64,000 bases of DNA, taken from contig OZ296650.1 in NCBI GenBank assembly GCA_965655095.1, forward strand, positions 68,758,001-68,822,000, read 5' to 3'. Numbering within the stretch: the first letter of the stretch is position 1; each line of letters opens with the position of its first letter. Positions 37,372 through 51,633 of this stretch are shown in pieces. Under the pieces are notes generated by a model. It searched no databases and was not told the DNA's origin. It worked only from the letters and a program-made list of their open reading frames with translations. Position numbers and translations under genes: made by a program. The DNA is from Haplodiscus bocki. Lineage: Eukaryota.

Positions 37372-39900
37372 TGTCGTTGCAGTCTTCTGAGCCAGAGTTT
37401 TGTGTAGTCTGACTCTGAGAGATGCTTGCTTCAGGATGAGGATCACTCTGGGAGTCGTCCTCATTCGCTCCCTGAATTAGGCATTTAAGCCAAGTGTGTT
37501 CCGCGACGTCGCCAGAGTGGATCCGGAGTGGCGCTGAATTAGCGGGTTCAGAAAGACCTCGACAAGTTGGAAAAGAGCATCTCAAACGCAGCTTCCCGTC
37601 CCACTGAACTCCTTGGAAAACTTTCGTGTTACTCTACCATCAAATTTTTCAAAAACTCGAGTAATACAATCTCTTGTGACCTGGGAACATTTGCTTCGTG
37701 CCAAGTTGCAGCTAGTAAGTACTTCACAATTCCCCTTTTCAGGGCTGCAAGTTGTCGCGCAATTCTCAGAGTTACCATTTTCTACGGAAAAGTGATGAAC
37801 AGCGATTAACAATGAATTATCTCAGTTTAATAAGGAAATCAACTCGGTAACAGTTATAATGAATGTCGCATGAAAAAACGAAAATCGACTGGTTTTTATC
37901 GTTAGCATTATTAACTACAACTGCGTCTCGTTCTTTAATTTCCCCTGTTTTTTTACATAGCGGGAAACACAATTGTTTGCACACCAAGTCAACGTAAAAA
38001 CAGAAACAGGGAAAAATATTCCTACAGAATACAAGATCAAAAGCTGAAACTCTGGCGGGAGATGAACACTTTCCCATCCATTTTTTCCCTCGTAGAACTC
38101 GTCTTTTCTATCTTTCGCCGGCAAATTGACGGACCGAGTCCGTCAGAAATGGACATCAAAGTGCTTCATCCCACGCCGACATCTCAGTTTATAAAAACAG
38201 CTTCTTTCCTCAGAGGGAAAACAGAGAAAACAAAAGCTGGAAAAATTGAGGAGACTCAGGGAGCATATTTTTTTTATAAAAAGTGAGGAAAAAAATTAAA
38301 AGTAATTCTATTCTTTTCGTTCATGTACATTTCATCACCAGATATTTCGTTAGTCTCTGCTCTTTAGGAATGAGGAGAAACTAGTAGCGCTACTAGTTTA
38401 CCCCTCGTTCAAACAAGTAGCGACTAGTTGTTTCTGGACAAATCTGAGGCCATCTATGTAGCAGTTGAATGAAACAGGCTGTGTTCAAATGATGAATGAA
38501 TACGGAGTCACTCCGTAATCACCACAGCACTGCAGCAAGGGATAGTTAAAAGAGTGGAAGTGACGTTGCCAGGCCAGTAGCGACGGAACACGTATGGAAC
38601 AAATATTCAACCCGAGAGTCAAAACACTCTATTTCAGTCAACATACTTATAGCACCAAATTAGTTGAAAGCTCTGTTTTGAACGGCAGTCATTGCAATCA
38701 ATCAAATTAAGTACACTGAAAAGGTGAATTATTATTTAGTATTCAAATAAAAATAATATTATAGAAATAGCACCCTTCAGGTAAAAGTTTTTTTATGAAT
38801 ACTCGTTTGTTCCGTAACCGTTCCTTCCTCGTCTGGATCAGTTTAGTAAAGTCTTCCGTATAAGATACGTTTTAGTATGTATGTACAATAGTTACAAGTA
38901 TGTATGAACACTTTGATTTGATGTTTGATTGAAAGTAAGAAAATTTGAAAATACTTTGAGCATTGGGGTATGTTTCTTGCCGATAGAGGTTAACAACAGG
39001 CTTTGCAGATGTGCTTCGACACTCCTCCTTTGTGGAAAAGACATTCCCATGTTCAAGTTTTTGCTTTTGCCTGCTTGGGGGCGGCGGCGTGGAGGATGGG
39101 CTCGAAGCAGAAGCGATTCGCCGCGGTTCATCAAGGTACAATGTCTTGACATCCGAAGATGTCTCCCATTCATTTACTAAGCTAACCAGCATTGATGGTG
39201 TCGATATATCAGAAAAGTCAAGCACTTCCCGTGGTGTCGGGATGTCATCAATTTTGGGAGGGTCTGTTTGTTCCTCTGTGATGGATGCCGGAGGTTTTGG
39301 ATTGAAGGGTTCATAGGCGGATATAAATCGTTGAGGCTTGGAAGTATCAAGGGTTGCTGCCTGCCATAGCCGTAATGCATTGTCGGTTCATTGGAATTTT
39401 ATTCAATGGTCAAACTCTGTGGCTCCGGAGAAGTTACGGATGATATTGTGCTCACTTTTCTAGCTGAGGCATGGGGTTCCGTCGAGTTGAGGATGTCTGG
39501 TGTTATTTCTGGGTGGGCTGTTTTTTCACAACTGCTCTATATAGACGACAATTGAGTCTGTGGAAAGGGAATCTAAATAATTGACTCGAATCATTGCGCT
39601 GAAAATCAAAGTTTGATTCAAGCTACTGAAATTGATGGAGTGATTTTGAAAAGTGATGAACTAAACAAAATGCAGTTGGTACGGTTCATCAGGTGGGAAT
39701 AGCTTTGAAGTTCCTGTGGTAGCATTAGAAATGATGAAGTGGAGTAACTGACGGTATAAACGAAGTTGATGAGTTGTCTACAAATCACCGAACAGAAAAT
39801 GAGAATGAGGAAGTTTTGCATTACGTTCCTTGATGTTCGATGCTTTGCAGGTGTGCTGCGACAGAAGGCTGTAAAACAACTCATTCGTAGTGTTTTGTGA
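37372..39900 (-). mobile_element. Subfamily-A-related 3' LTR (37372-39021) with PPT and upstream 3' internal region
   Basis: PPT then TGTCGAAG at 39021; ends GCAACGACA at 37372. Decayed ORF from ATG 37778 (...EDDSQSDPHPEA). The pre-PPT sequence matches 27836-27860. Confidence 0.85.
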
Positions 39901-39959
39901 TTCTCGCTAACTTGGGATGAAAATAGATTTCAAGTCTTCTTGTTCTTAGTTGGTATCAA

Positions 39960-40150
39960 AAATTAACGTTCTACGAGCTGAAAGCGTGACTGCTGTTTTC
40001 AATATAGCTGTTTACAATGAAGACTGGTTCGCCAGTCTTAAGACTGCAAAAGGGTTCATGGAGCAAAAATACAAGTTGCTAAAAGTTTCACGGAATTGAT
40101 AGAATTCGGACGTTTTTCTCAAACAATTCCAGAAGAATACTAATAGGCAG
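39960..40150 (-). pseudogene. Possible DNA-transposase C-terminal (hAT dimerisation-like) remnant
   Basis: Weak pattern FW..L....EF..F.....NL; heavily eroded. Confidence 0.2.
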
Positions 40151-40935
40151 TCGTAGCGAAGTTCAATTATCGGGTCTTGTGCAATCATTCGGGAATCACA
40201 GAAAAAGATATTTGCAACATCTATCAGAGCCTTTTTAGCAACTTATCAGTTTATTGGTTCATTGACTACAAAATTTTTTGGTGTCGGTGATATTTTGTGG
40301 ATCATTAGTAGGTTTGGTCAGTTGTAGTTTTGAATTTACAAGCAGACAACTAGAGAAGCTACTTTCGATATTGAAAATTCCCGAATAAATTCCGTGAATT
40401 GATACGGTTACTTTCGGTTTGTTATCAGTGATGTTTCCTCGACTTCTTGTCTGAACAAAGGTAATCGGGATGTTCTTTGTACTGTTTAGTTTTGAAAGTG
40501 ACCTACTTTTTCTGAACCTGATTTAGCCCATTTTCAATTGAATCCATAATCATTCTTATGTTTGTTTCTGTTCAATTGTTGAAATTCACAACGCAATTGA
40601 TCGAACTTTTTAATCCATTGTCAATGACTCCAGTGTGCACAGACTAGGTTTTCAGCCGCGAATGGTCCTGTTCAACGACTCTCGATTTGTTTTTACGACA
40701 AGATTGGAAAAAAACTTCGAAAATAAACAAAAGCTATTTTTCAATCTTCAAAACGCTGTCCTTGCCTTCAGCATCATTAAGAATTCAACTACTATAACAG
40801 ATGGCTTTTGGGATTGTGCGTCTAATTCAGGCCGGCCTTTTCGGGAAGTGAAATGTTTTAACATTTTCGTTCAGATAGAACTAGCTTCAAATTTGATAGG
40901 TCTAAAACGGTTTATTGCTGTCGCAGGCTGCCGCC

Positions 40936-42851
40936 TGTGACGGCATGATCTACTCCGTCAATTACAACGGGTAGAACTCAGTCACACAGGGCTATGCTCT
41001 GCCCTTATTTGAAGACTAATATAATAGAACTATCCTTAATAAACCGCTGGATGAAAACCCCCACCATTTTGAAGTTATGTTCTTATATATACTTATATAC
41101 TAATATATAAATATATATATATATAATCTTACAAATATTTACGTACTCATGTGCAAAATCCATACAAATATCGAAGAAGCTTGTATCATGAAGGAAAGGT
41201 CATAGAAAAATGTTTAAAACACGCAACTTATCTGCAGTCTTATACTCAAATTTGATTGGTCAAAGACAAGCAAGCGTATCAACTGCTGACCAACCAAAAG
41301 CGCTGCTGGAACATGGTCAAAATTGGTCACTGGGACCTAATTTTGACCACTTTGCTCAAAGCGAGTGGTCGTTTTCAAACAAAAGGCGAAATACGGCCAA
41401 ATGAAATCAGAAAGCCATTGTATAAACAGACATAATTAAAAAATGTTGCTATGTACTTATATAAACATATAATTATGTGATTATGAGATATAAAATTATT
41501 TAGTGCTAATAATTATTAAATCCTGAGTGAGAAAAATCATCTGGTCAAAAGACGGTCATAGTGCCCACTTTTGACCACTACATATTAACCTACAGTTAAA
41601 ACCTGTGCATGAAGCTTAATACTAATATTCTTGCCATATTTATTACATTATAACTATATTTAACCATCCATTATATGAGATACGCATGTAAACATGATTT
41701 TATTATCCCTGAACATTTATCCAGTTCCCATGACCATATTTTTGGTGGTCATGGTTTTGCGGCATATATTCTTTGATGTTATTTATATTACTATTTTTAA
41801 AACTGACGTCATGATGATGAAATACATACTTCGGGTTGAACCCTCTTTGATGTTTAATATAAATAGAACCCGAGGACATGACGTCAAAGAAGTGATCCTC
41901 CCAATTGGCCGGCGAAGATGAAGGAAAAGAGACGAACCTAAAGGAAGAATCACCGCCAGAAGAGTTTTTGACTATCCTGAAAACAGTTCACTATAACAAT
42001 CATTTAAGCTGATACAATTTATTTGTGGGTTATCTGTACTGTAGGAGAGAAACTGTCCTCCTAAAAACAGTTGATATTATTAATTTTCGGAACCAACATT
42101 ATCCTTTGTGTCAGTTAAAATCCCTTACAAACTTTGTAGTTTGAAGTATTGATTCACTTTTGTGCTACTGTTAATTTTCACCGTTATTACAATTCAGTTA
42201 TTAAAACAAACATGGTTTCTACTCGTAAGAAGAGACAGTCAAACAAAAGGCTCCTCAGCCAATTAGATGACTTCGATCAAGATATGATTATCGGCAGCAC
42301 TGCAAGCGAGAGGCAAGAAAACGTTGTGGTCGATGAGGGTACTAATGTCCAGGATTTTACCGTTGGTACTTCTAACGTTAGTCCGGTTATCAATAAAAAT
42401 GCAATGAATGTGAAAACATTAGAAAGGTGTTTTAATGAGAGGATTGATAGAGAAATGAACAATATTGTTGATACGGTTGAAGATAGGATACAGAGTGCAA
42501 TTTTGGCCGCCATTGATAACATCGTTGCTCCAAAAATCGAATTAGCAATTAGGTCATTAAATGCATTTTCTGGACGGGACGTGACTAGCGTATCTGCAAA
42601 TTCAGAATGTAGGGAGCATGCGGGAATTGGTGCCTCTTTTGAAAACGCATCTGAAAACAACATCACAATAGGTGTAACAAGTATAAATGATGAGGCTCGA
42701 CGCAACTCCCAAGACGGGGTAAGTGAATTGTCGGTCCCGGGAACACAGTTTGACCGACAATCACACATTCATCACGTGATGACAGGAGGTTCAGAACAGA
42801 TTCACAACCCTCATCACAAGATGAAAGAACCTAGTAATGAGACTCATCACA
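40936..42851 (+). mobile_element. Subfamily-B long LTR (1916 bp) containing ORF MVSTRKKRQSNKRLLSQLDDFDQD (ATG 42212)
   Basis: TGTGA...TCACA termini. The ORF is open for 640 nt to the LTR end, with three CATCAC-ended units near the end. No matching TSD (ccgcc vs attgc). Confidence 0.8.
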
Positions 42852-44200
42852 ATTGCGAAGACTTTCTTGCAAGCGTGCTGATATCATCACCGTCTTCGAT
42901 GGCGTTTTTTCAAAAAGGTTGTAGCTGAGTTTAAGCTGGGAGCATCTTTTTTGGACGTACACTCAAACAGTCTAGGAAATTGATTGACACAATTCAGCAT
43001 TCGGTCGGTCTTTCAGGTGCTGAAAATCCAAATGCGATTGCACTTGACTGCCTTTTTCTCAATCATGACAATGCCACAGTGAGAAAAAAAGTTCCATCAA
43101 TGCTAATTCGATTACAGTTTGAATGTCTTTGTAAGTTTTCTCAATTTTAAGAGGAGTCTTTGCACGACGTCCTCCTTTCCAATGAATTGCTCCATGATGT
43201 AAATCTATTTCAAGTTTTGTTACCCTACACTTTCCCAAGTCAGTTTTTCCATTATAGAAAAGAGAAATTGGCTGAAGCTCTTTAAGTAATCTTTCAATAT
43301 CATCAAACAATTGGGGACTTAGTTCTGTATTTTAGTTCTCATTATGTTGTACGGTACGTTTCGCTTCTTTTCTCAAACGATCTGCTGGAAACTCAGACGC
43401 ATCAATTGGAACGTCGCCTGGAGAAAGTGTTAATCAGACAAAAAAATTCGTCATTGTTTCCAACTTTAAATTTTGCAAACTAAACTTTATGGTAGCTAAC
43501 ACAAAAGAATCATGAATGAGGTTGAAATTGATAGCTCAACAACAGGCCAGACTCTGTCCACTTTGAACCTGTAGTGTGCGCCTCTGGACATTTGAAGTCA
43601 GTTGCGCACTTTTAAATATCATTTCCAATGGTTGCTAGAGTCTTTACATTACAATGTTTTAACTCTATCAGACCAAGTCCTTAGGTCCACTTAACGTTTA
43701 ACAACAACTTTTGGGTTTCTGGACTTTGTTATACATGGAACAATCTGCGCTTATTGGATGGAAATTCTATAGGCCAGTGAAGTTCCAGCGAGCTCAAAGT
43801 CTTTCGGCAAAGTTGCCAGTGGAAAAAATTGGTTTTGTGACTTTGTGAATGGCTTTTCGGTGTTGTTTTTTTGTCCAAGGAAACATTGTGCATGCAAATG
43901 AAGCTTCACCCTAGAGTGAAAAAGTCATGGTAAAGTCCATCAACCGAAACTAATGGCGTTCACAGACCACTCCCAGCAACCATAAACGTTCGAAACTTGC
44001 CAGTCTATACGTGACGGTTGGTATTTCATTTACTGCAAATAAGACGCAGTGTGGTTCTCTGGTTGCACGTCAGTCTATTCAGAACTGCTCGCAGCAGAGT
44101 AAGTTTTTTTCCCGGGGCCAACAGTTGTCTCAGTTAAGCATTTCAACATTCAAGAACTAGTTCAAGGTAAAGCAACTGTTTAGTCATCCGCTAACCCTAA
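42852..44200 (-). pseudogene. Decayed Gypsy pol fragment (protease to RT start)
   Basis: DLGKCRVTKLEIDL..GAI.WK.G.R..TPLKIEK...DIQT.IELALME, then CGIVMIEKK...DFQHL, matching a Gypsy RT N-terminus. Confidence 0.6.
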
Positions 44201-45499
44201 AGTCTTTTTCGTAGCGAGAGATATTTTCAGTCCTTATTGGACGAAGTTTTTCTTACCTGTGACCAGTTTCGGAAACGTTGTATTCGGAACCACAAAGGTG
44301 AGAATATCTTCGCTATCGATGATTAAAGCATCATCTTGGTGTCCAGCAAGATATTAAACATGTTTCAATTTTTTTCACTTGCACTTCCATTCCCTAATGT
44401 AACTTCTGCAACCATGTTTTTCAAGTTTCTCCGTACTCGGACCAACTCAGTGACACTCAGATCAGATTGGGTCATTATTACGCTTTTGTAGCACAATGTT
44501 AGAAAGTTCCGAACACGTAGGCAATAACAAGTGGATATCGGCTTGCTTGTAGTTTTTTGTACAGTGATGAGGCAGTACTGAATTGATCAGACTCACAATT
44601 TTCTTTAGGCTATAGAGGTTAATATTCATGTGGTGTTGCATTGTTCAAAACTTCCACTACAAACACAGCGTTTTTGAAGATTTTTGCAAATGATTTCCCG
44701 CCTTGTCAGTTCTTGCTTATGTCGTCTTCCCCTTCAGAACAGTATTTTTTAAGTAGGTTTGATGTTTTTACTCAAGCGTCTTCAAACTTCCGTGGACTTC
44801 TTTTCAGCTTTGTAATACAATATAACATCTGAAGAACGTACGCTAAACAATTGAAATGTACTGTAGAGTCAATTTCCGTGCAATATGCTGGTTTGGTGAT
44901 GGATCAATTTGATGGTTTTTTGGTATCTGGGCTGCCTCCCTTTTACAAAGTTTTTTCAATCACTTTGCGAAGTTTTGTAATTGTGTCGGAAGATTTTCAA
45001 AATTTTGTTTTCTTTCCAAAACTCAATTTTGGAGACTGGTCTTACTCGCAAGGATCAATCAAGCAAGTAAGCGACTGGTCTTCACCACAAATGTCAACCA
45101 AGCAATTGTGAGATTGGCCTCAATACGACAGTTCCTTCAAAAACGTTAGTACCCGAACTGATAAGTAGCCGTATCTCTGAAATGGAAAATTGATGAAAGT
45201 ATCAAGCACAATAGTTTGGTAGCTTGTTAACAGTTTTTCTGGACGGAACGGCTAAAATTCGTTCTCGCCATTTCATTTTGTTATATCAAAAACAACAAAA
45301 AACGTTTTTTCAATATTTAATTTTCGAATGAAACTGATCATAGTTTTCGTGGAAATTCGGCGCAATTGATATGGAAACTGCCATAGGAGTAATTATTAGG
45401 CTGTATTTTTGAAAAAAAAACACAAACAAACGCGGGGATAATCATGGACAAAAAGGGAAGATACAAGTTCAACCTCAAGTTTTGTCTTCTTTCCAATTT

Positions 45500-47500
45500 C
45501 AAAGGTTTTTCTAGTGTTATACAAGTTCGTTGAACCAAAGAATATACGTCACGTTTTCCACAGCTTGCGGTGGCCAGGCAAACACCACAATAAGTTTTTG
45601 AAAAGCTCCGATGAAAAATTCAGTCTTTGAGTGAGCCAAAAATGATTTTCCTCAAGTGAGAAGGAATTCCATCGGCCATGTAAGAATCATCCACCATACC
45701 CTAAGAGTAAAAAAGTGCAGGTGAAAACATTTTAAATCTTTTATGGTTAATTCCTTGGTTGAGCTTTCTTATTCTTTGCAACTAGAGGTCATAAAAGAGT
45801 CCCAATTCAATTGGGGAGGTTATAGGGAATTATTGTCAAAATTAACAGACTGATGAGTACCTCGTTAGATCTTGTTGATCGCATACTCTCAACTGTAATT
45901 ACTGTTTTTATAAAATGAGAGGGGAAAGAGTTCTCATTCTTTCAAAGGTAGATCAAATTAACCACATGCAAACGTCAAAGATATTTTGGTTCGATCGAGT
46001 ATCATTCGTAGGAGATTTGAAAGTTTCATACAGAATTTTAAAAAGGCTTACGGGCAGTTTAAAAACAACAATAGTTTTTTATTTTTTGGTATGTTCGGTG
46101 CAAAATTTTTCAAAAAGTTCAAGTTGGATGTTTTTTCTCTTCATTATTTTAGTTCGCTAAATTTACCCAACATAACTAAAAAGCCTTTTCCTTCGATCGT
46201 ATCCATGATCAATCATAGCTATCGTAACGTAACAGAAAACTGTGCAGACAAGGAAACTAACTATCGTGGCAATAAAGAGTCAAAATATTTCGAATCAAGT
46301 CAAAAACAGTCAAGATCAGTTTTGTTGGAGACGAAGGTTGTGTATGAGTCGAGGATGCCTTTATTATCAACAGATACCAAATGTTTATTTAAAACTAACC
46401 GTAAACCTACTAGGAATTTTTTGATGTTCACAACTGACAAATAGTGTTTTGCAATTGACTGATGCTGTTTCGCTCTTCAGTTTAGCTGAACATCACTTGG
46501 AGAACTCCATAGATGCCAAAACTAACAATCTTATTTGATTCTGGGGATTGGTTCCTTACAGTGATTCAGACAAACAGTTAACCAAACTTCTAGGGAAGAA
46601 GGGAGGTGCGTAACGTCAAAAATAAAAAATTCTAGATCTGGCAATTGACAAGGTTTTTTTTCAGGAGACACGTCTTTTTAGTAACAACGAGAGGAAACAA
46701 AACCTGCCTGATCCAAGGGGACACCGTACTAAACAGTACGACCTTTGCAAGTGAGTTTATCAATCCATAAAAACATTTAGACGAAGTTTAGAAAAACATT
46801 CTTCTACCGATCGATTGCCTTTCTGAAAACCTCACACCGAAGTTTTTGACGAAAACTCTGCAAACACCCGACCATATGAGAATCCTGAACTTTCGCCCTG
46901 TAAATCTACCGACTACCTGATAACTCTCAAAAATTCCCTGGAAACCTTTGCAATCTTAAACACCTAAATATAACGAATTTCTTGTCTAGGAGTGAACATA
47001 ACAACCAGAATTATTACACTACAAAATGGAGATAAATTAACTTTAACCTTGTACACAAAGTGGCCTAAAAACGAATATGATCTGATTCCACTACAAATCA
47101 ACAGAGCGGAAGACATGAAGTGGATTGCGGTTGAATTGTTCTGGATTTGCGTCCCATACTAAACAATTTCCTGTATAACAGGAACCTAACATCAAACATC
47201 CCCGGAAAATCTTTGGAAAAGTTTCGGTTCCGTTCCAATTACTTTGATAAGCATATGATACCTTACACCTGAAGCTTATCAGCGGACACTTCCAACTTAT
47301 ACAGTTTTAAAGCCTCCCACGAAGTATTGAGATTTATACTACCAACCAAACGATTAGAACGATTCGAATTGACATTTGAATACACATCAGACTCTTGTAA
47401 CTGGAACAATAACTTGACCCTCAGAAAACCTTGGAACCTTTGAGAAATTTCATAAATGGTGCAACATGCAACCAGACAAATGAACTAATTCTGGAGTACT
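45500..47500 (+). pseudogene. Decayed Gypsy integrase and post-integrase region
   Basis: Eroded HHCC region (IIHHTL), LVDR, WFDRVS and HDQS/NHS.RN segments in integrase order; very degraded. Confidence 0.4.
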
Positions 47501-47934
47501 TTTTGGCTGCAATTTCTAAATGTTTTCGAGAAAAAGAAAATTAACACAAAATGGAGTAGCGTTAAATATGAGTGTTCTGTCTATGATTGACAAGAAATTC
47601 CCAGGCAAAAGTGCTGGAGGCACTTCGTTGTCAAAAACTTGAACAAAAATGCGTGAGATTTAAACTACGGGATCAAATTGAGACCTATTTAGTTTAATGG
47701 GACCCGTGTAGGTTTCAATAACTTCGGGGAAATGACTATTCAATGCGTCATAAAATATTGAATCCTCCGTCGTTGAAATAATTTAGACTATTTCAAGCAC
47801 CAACGTTTCAACAACTTACAAACATCTGTTCCAACAACTTCGATGATGCTATGAGTATCTTTGAGCATCTATCCAACTTGATGCAAATTTACCAAGTGAA
47901 ACAATACTTCTGGTATTGTCGCTAATTAGATAAT

Positions 47935-49100
47935 TGCGAAGAGTTTGAGTTTGCCGATCAAGGTTTCTTTGGTTTATTGAGAAGTCACCTACCTCAACGT
48001 TAACATTACCACTAGTCTCTTTGATCCCATTCAAGTCTGTGTTCGGATTTATTCAACTTGAGGCGGTCATTTCAAGGCTTTCGATTTTTACTGAGAAATC
48101 TCTTTGGTCAGGATCAGGCAAAACGCTCGCTGTATCCAGCGCAGAAGACGCATTGACTGATTTCAACCCTAACGCCAACCTAGGGTCTACTAAACTTTCC
48201 ATCGAAGTCAAGATTGCGTCATGTACTCTGGTTTCGGTCGTTGCCAATAAGTTGTTGACTTCACTGCCAGTACTGCTATTCTCAAGTGTATATATATATT
48301 TACTTGAGAGACGTTCACTGGAGCTCAGTGTAATGGATTTTTCGACGTCTCATCCTTTTCCCTTATGCTCGCTCTTTTTTCAGACTGAACAATATGGTTT
48401 TCTAGTTTATCATGAAATCAGCCTCGAAATCCTCTATTTGGCTGAAAATCCTTTTCTTCTGTTGTCTTTTTGTTCTCGTAGAAACCATAGTTAAGCCAAC
48501 AGATGAAATTAACCAAAGTTTTTCTACAAAAAAAATTCTACAAAGAAGTCGAGAGTAATATTAATTTCAAAAATAACAACAAATCAATTAAGATTTTTGG
48601 GAGCAACTTTTCGTTGATCTCCTTCAAACTGGAATGATTTCTTTTTTCGGTTTATTCGGTGGTCGCTTCTCCTTCATTGACTTTCAGTTCGGCATCCAAT
48701 GACAATATGTCGTTTCATGACGTCAAAACTGCCACTAACACTCTAACTATAACCAACATCGAAGGACATACACAACTTTTACATGACGTCATTGAATATT
48801 TATTAGAAAAAGGAACAAGGTGCGAAAATACTGTAAAAGTTTTTATATGGTTTTCCCCAAACTCAGTATGTATTCTTGAGAAAGTATGCGTAGGTTATTT
48901 GTCGGTCCAGTGTTGAGGGTGGAACATTGTGTTAGTGTGTGCTAATCGCTGTTCTGCAGCTCAATTTCCCCATTAGGTAAAATTACTTATTGTGACCTGT
49001 GTTTGACCATATGACTAGCTGAAACACTGGTCGCGAAGTTTATTTTGACCATTGTTTCCAGAATATTGTCGGAAAAGCAAGATGTCACCAAGTTTATGAT
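47935..49100 (-). mobile_element. Old subfamily-B LTR fragment with decayed LTR-internal ORF (ATG 48488)
   Basis: MVSTRTKRQQKKRIFSQIEDFEAD...ETRVHDAILTSMESLVDPRLALGLKSVNASS...RNLDRQTQ is homologous to 42212-42780. Upstream motifs are shared with 41310-41890. Confidence 0.75.
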
Positions 49101-51633
49101 TTATGGGCTTCTTTAGGGTTTTTTCATGTAGATAGCATGTGGTGTGAATATTTCACCAAATACGATTACTCATCTTGGTTCGCAATCCATATAACATTTG
49201 TACTAAGCGCTATTTTGATTATCGGTGGACAGCACTCAGACAACCTAGTCAAGACTTACTGGTTAGGTCACCGTTCGGTGTTTTGACCGTCGACTGCCTG
49301 CTTTTTTTCTTAGAGGTTGAGTTTTTTTTCTTTCATGGTTCCGCGGTCGCTGAGCAGGATGTTTTATTACTTGGACGTGTTAAATTCATATAAGAAAGAT
49401 TTGAATTCAGCACTGCACTGGCTATATAATTGCATTCTTCCGGTCATAAAATACAAGGAAGAATAATTGCGACGTATTTACCACTTTTACATACTGATGT
49501 AGCATCATGATCAATTGATTGCTTGGTTTAGTCACAGGCCAGTCAGAAGACTGATTGTTGACTTACTTCGCTGCACTGCTTTATTTTTGGCCAGTCAAAT
49601 AGCAGTCATAGATGATTGTTTTGACTTTACAAAATTTTAAAGCGCCTGGCACCGCCATTAGTGGATAAATTGACGTGATATTGAGTTATCAGCCAACAAG
49701 ATTATAGTGGCCCCTGGAAATAAGAGCTCACGGTCCAACGCTGTATCTGTAAGGAGGTTGGGTTTTTCAATGACACTTCTGTTCGTTACATGGATATATT
49801 ATACCGGACATGATCATTTATAGACAAATAGGCATAAATGGAGATCTTTACTTCGGTATAAATCTACTGAGTAGTACTGCATGTAAAAGTTTTAATAGCC
49901 GTTTCGAAGCTGGAATAGGGGCAAATATCCTCTGTTTGACCCGCTGCAAGGTTATTGATACGTGATGTCTTATGTCTGTCGGTCGCATGCGAGCCTGCAA
50001 CAATAATTGAAATTGAAAAATTGGCTCAAAAATAGGATAATTAATACCAATGTTGTGTTTGGAAACTCGTATTCTTCGTTCCTTACTACGGGTGTTTTTT
50101 GACAGGCTGTGTATGAATCTTGGAGCAATATTGCATCAATTCGACCCGTTTTTTCGAAGCATTTCTTTCTCAAAGTTCCTTGAAGTCCAACTTCACTGTT
50201 TCTGCCACTTAGTACTCTAGGGTGTTGCAGTCTCAAGTTATACTGTGTCTCAATTCTCAATACTGCTGAGCGTTCTGATACTGTTCTGATACCGTTGTTG
50301 ACAAAACAAATTGCATACCAAAAGCCCTGCTCGCATCTAAAATATAATCAAAATTTTTAATTAATATGGAAAATGGTAAACCTCATGGTTTTTCAGTTCT
50401 TCAGAGTTGATCGGCTTAAAGAGTTTCATTTTTTTCCTGAATGGTCGGAGAACGTTTTTTTAACTGGGAAATTAACATCTTCTTATTGTAAAGTCGTTTT
50501 CTTGTTTTACCATGGTCTGCCGTTGTTTCAGAAGGATTTAGACTGTTGGTTTCTGTCTTTTAATATAGCTCGCCGAAGTTTTTTTTTGCGGTCCGCTGAC
50601 CTGGACACCGAAGCTTTAGACCAAAAAGTTGCAGAAAAAATTATACTCTATGCACCAAAACAATCTGCTGGTTAAATTAGTTTTGTACCAAAAACTTCCG
50701 GAAAGTTACGATTCGGAAACATTTTGTTCAGCTTGTTCACATGTCTTATAGACCTTACAACCTATAGATCTTGTTCTTCTTTAAGATCTTAAAATTACTT
50801 CAATTAATGATCTCACGTTCTGATACCTGGGAATCAGCTTGTTTATCAACAGTTTGTTTTGTTTCTTTCCTCGGTGAACTTTCGAATTATATCAGTTTTT
50901 ACAATAGAACGGCCAGTTTTGTCAATTACTATTAAATTTGTATTTTTTTCAAATTTCCGTCCGAAGTTTTTTTAGAAAAGGATCAACGATTTGATGGACG
51001 ATTTGGTGCCAATCCGAAACTTTCCATCTTCCATTGCATCTGAAAGTACTACGCTTTTTTAGAACAGTTACCTTTCTCTGCAGTCTCCGTTCACATTGAA
51101 ACTAATCACAATAGTAACTGTTAAGTGTAGAATTTTCAACACAGGATTCTAACTCAAAGTTTGCATTCTGTGCAACTGTTGATTATCACATCCAATTTTT
51201 TTATTACCTTCACAGACCTAACCCAGATCAATATTCTCCAAAAGAGCTATTTGTTTCAACGAAAACCGCCTAATAACTTGAAGGCTCACACTAAAATGTT
51301 TCTGACTGAATGGTTGCGGACTTTTTGCTTAAAAATTGGATACTGACTCTATGGGAGTTTACTAACTAGATTTCAGCGTTTCTTATCTTTTGGTCCTTAG
51401 TATCAAGTTTGATCCAACGGAAAAATACATGAATTACCCCAAGTTTTCATAATTTGTCATTTCTGAACCCATGGTGAACGTTCTGGCCGCGAGCTGTGGA
51501 TTGGTTTTTGAAGAACAGGTGTCACTGGAAAATGGTGTTACAGCAATTTCTTCAGCGATTTCAAACGCCAAGGTGAACAATGACTGTCTAAGTTGTTGTT
51601 TTTTTTGAAAAAAAGTCCACTGAATTAAACATG

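Noticed and set aside
42851-42861. 11-bp match aattgcgaaga with 47932-47942
   Set aside because: The geometry does not fit a TSD or LTR pair; probably chance.
49150-51630. Possible host exons or further TE fragments
   Set aside because: Only short ORFs and no motif I can support. A translated profile search is needed.
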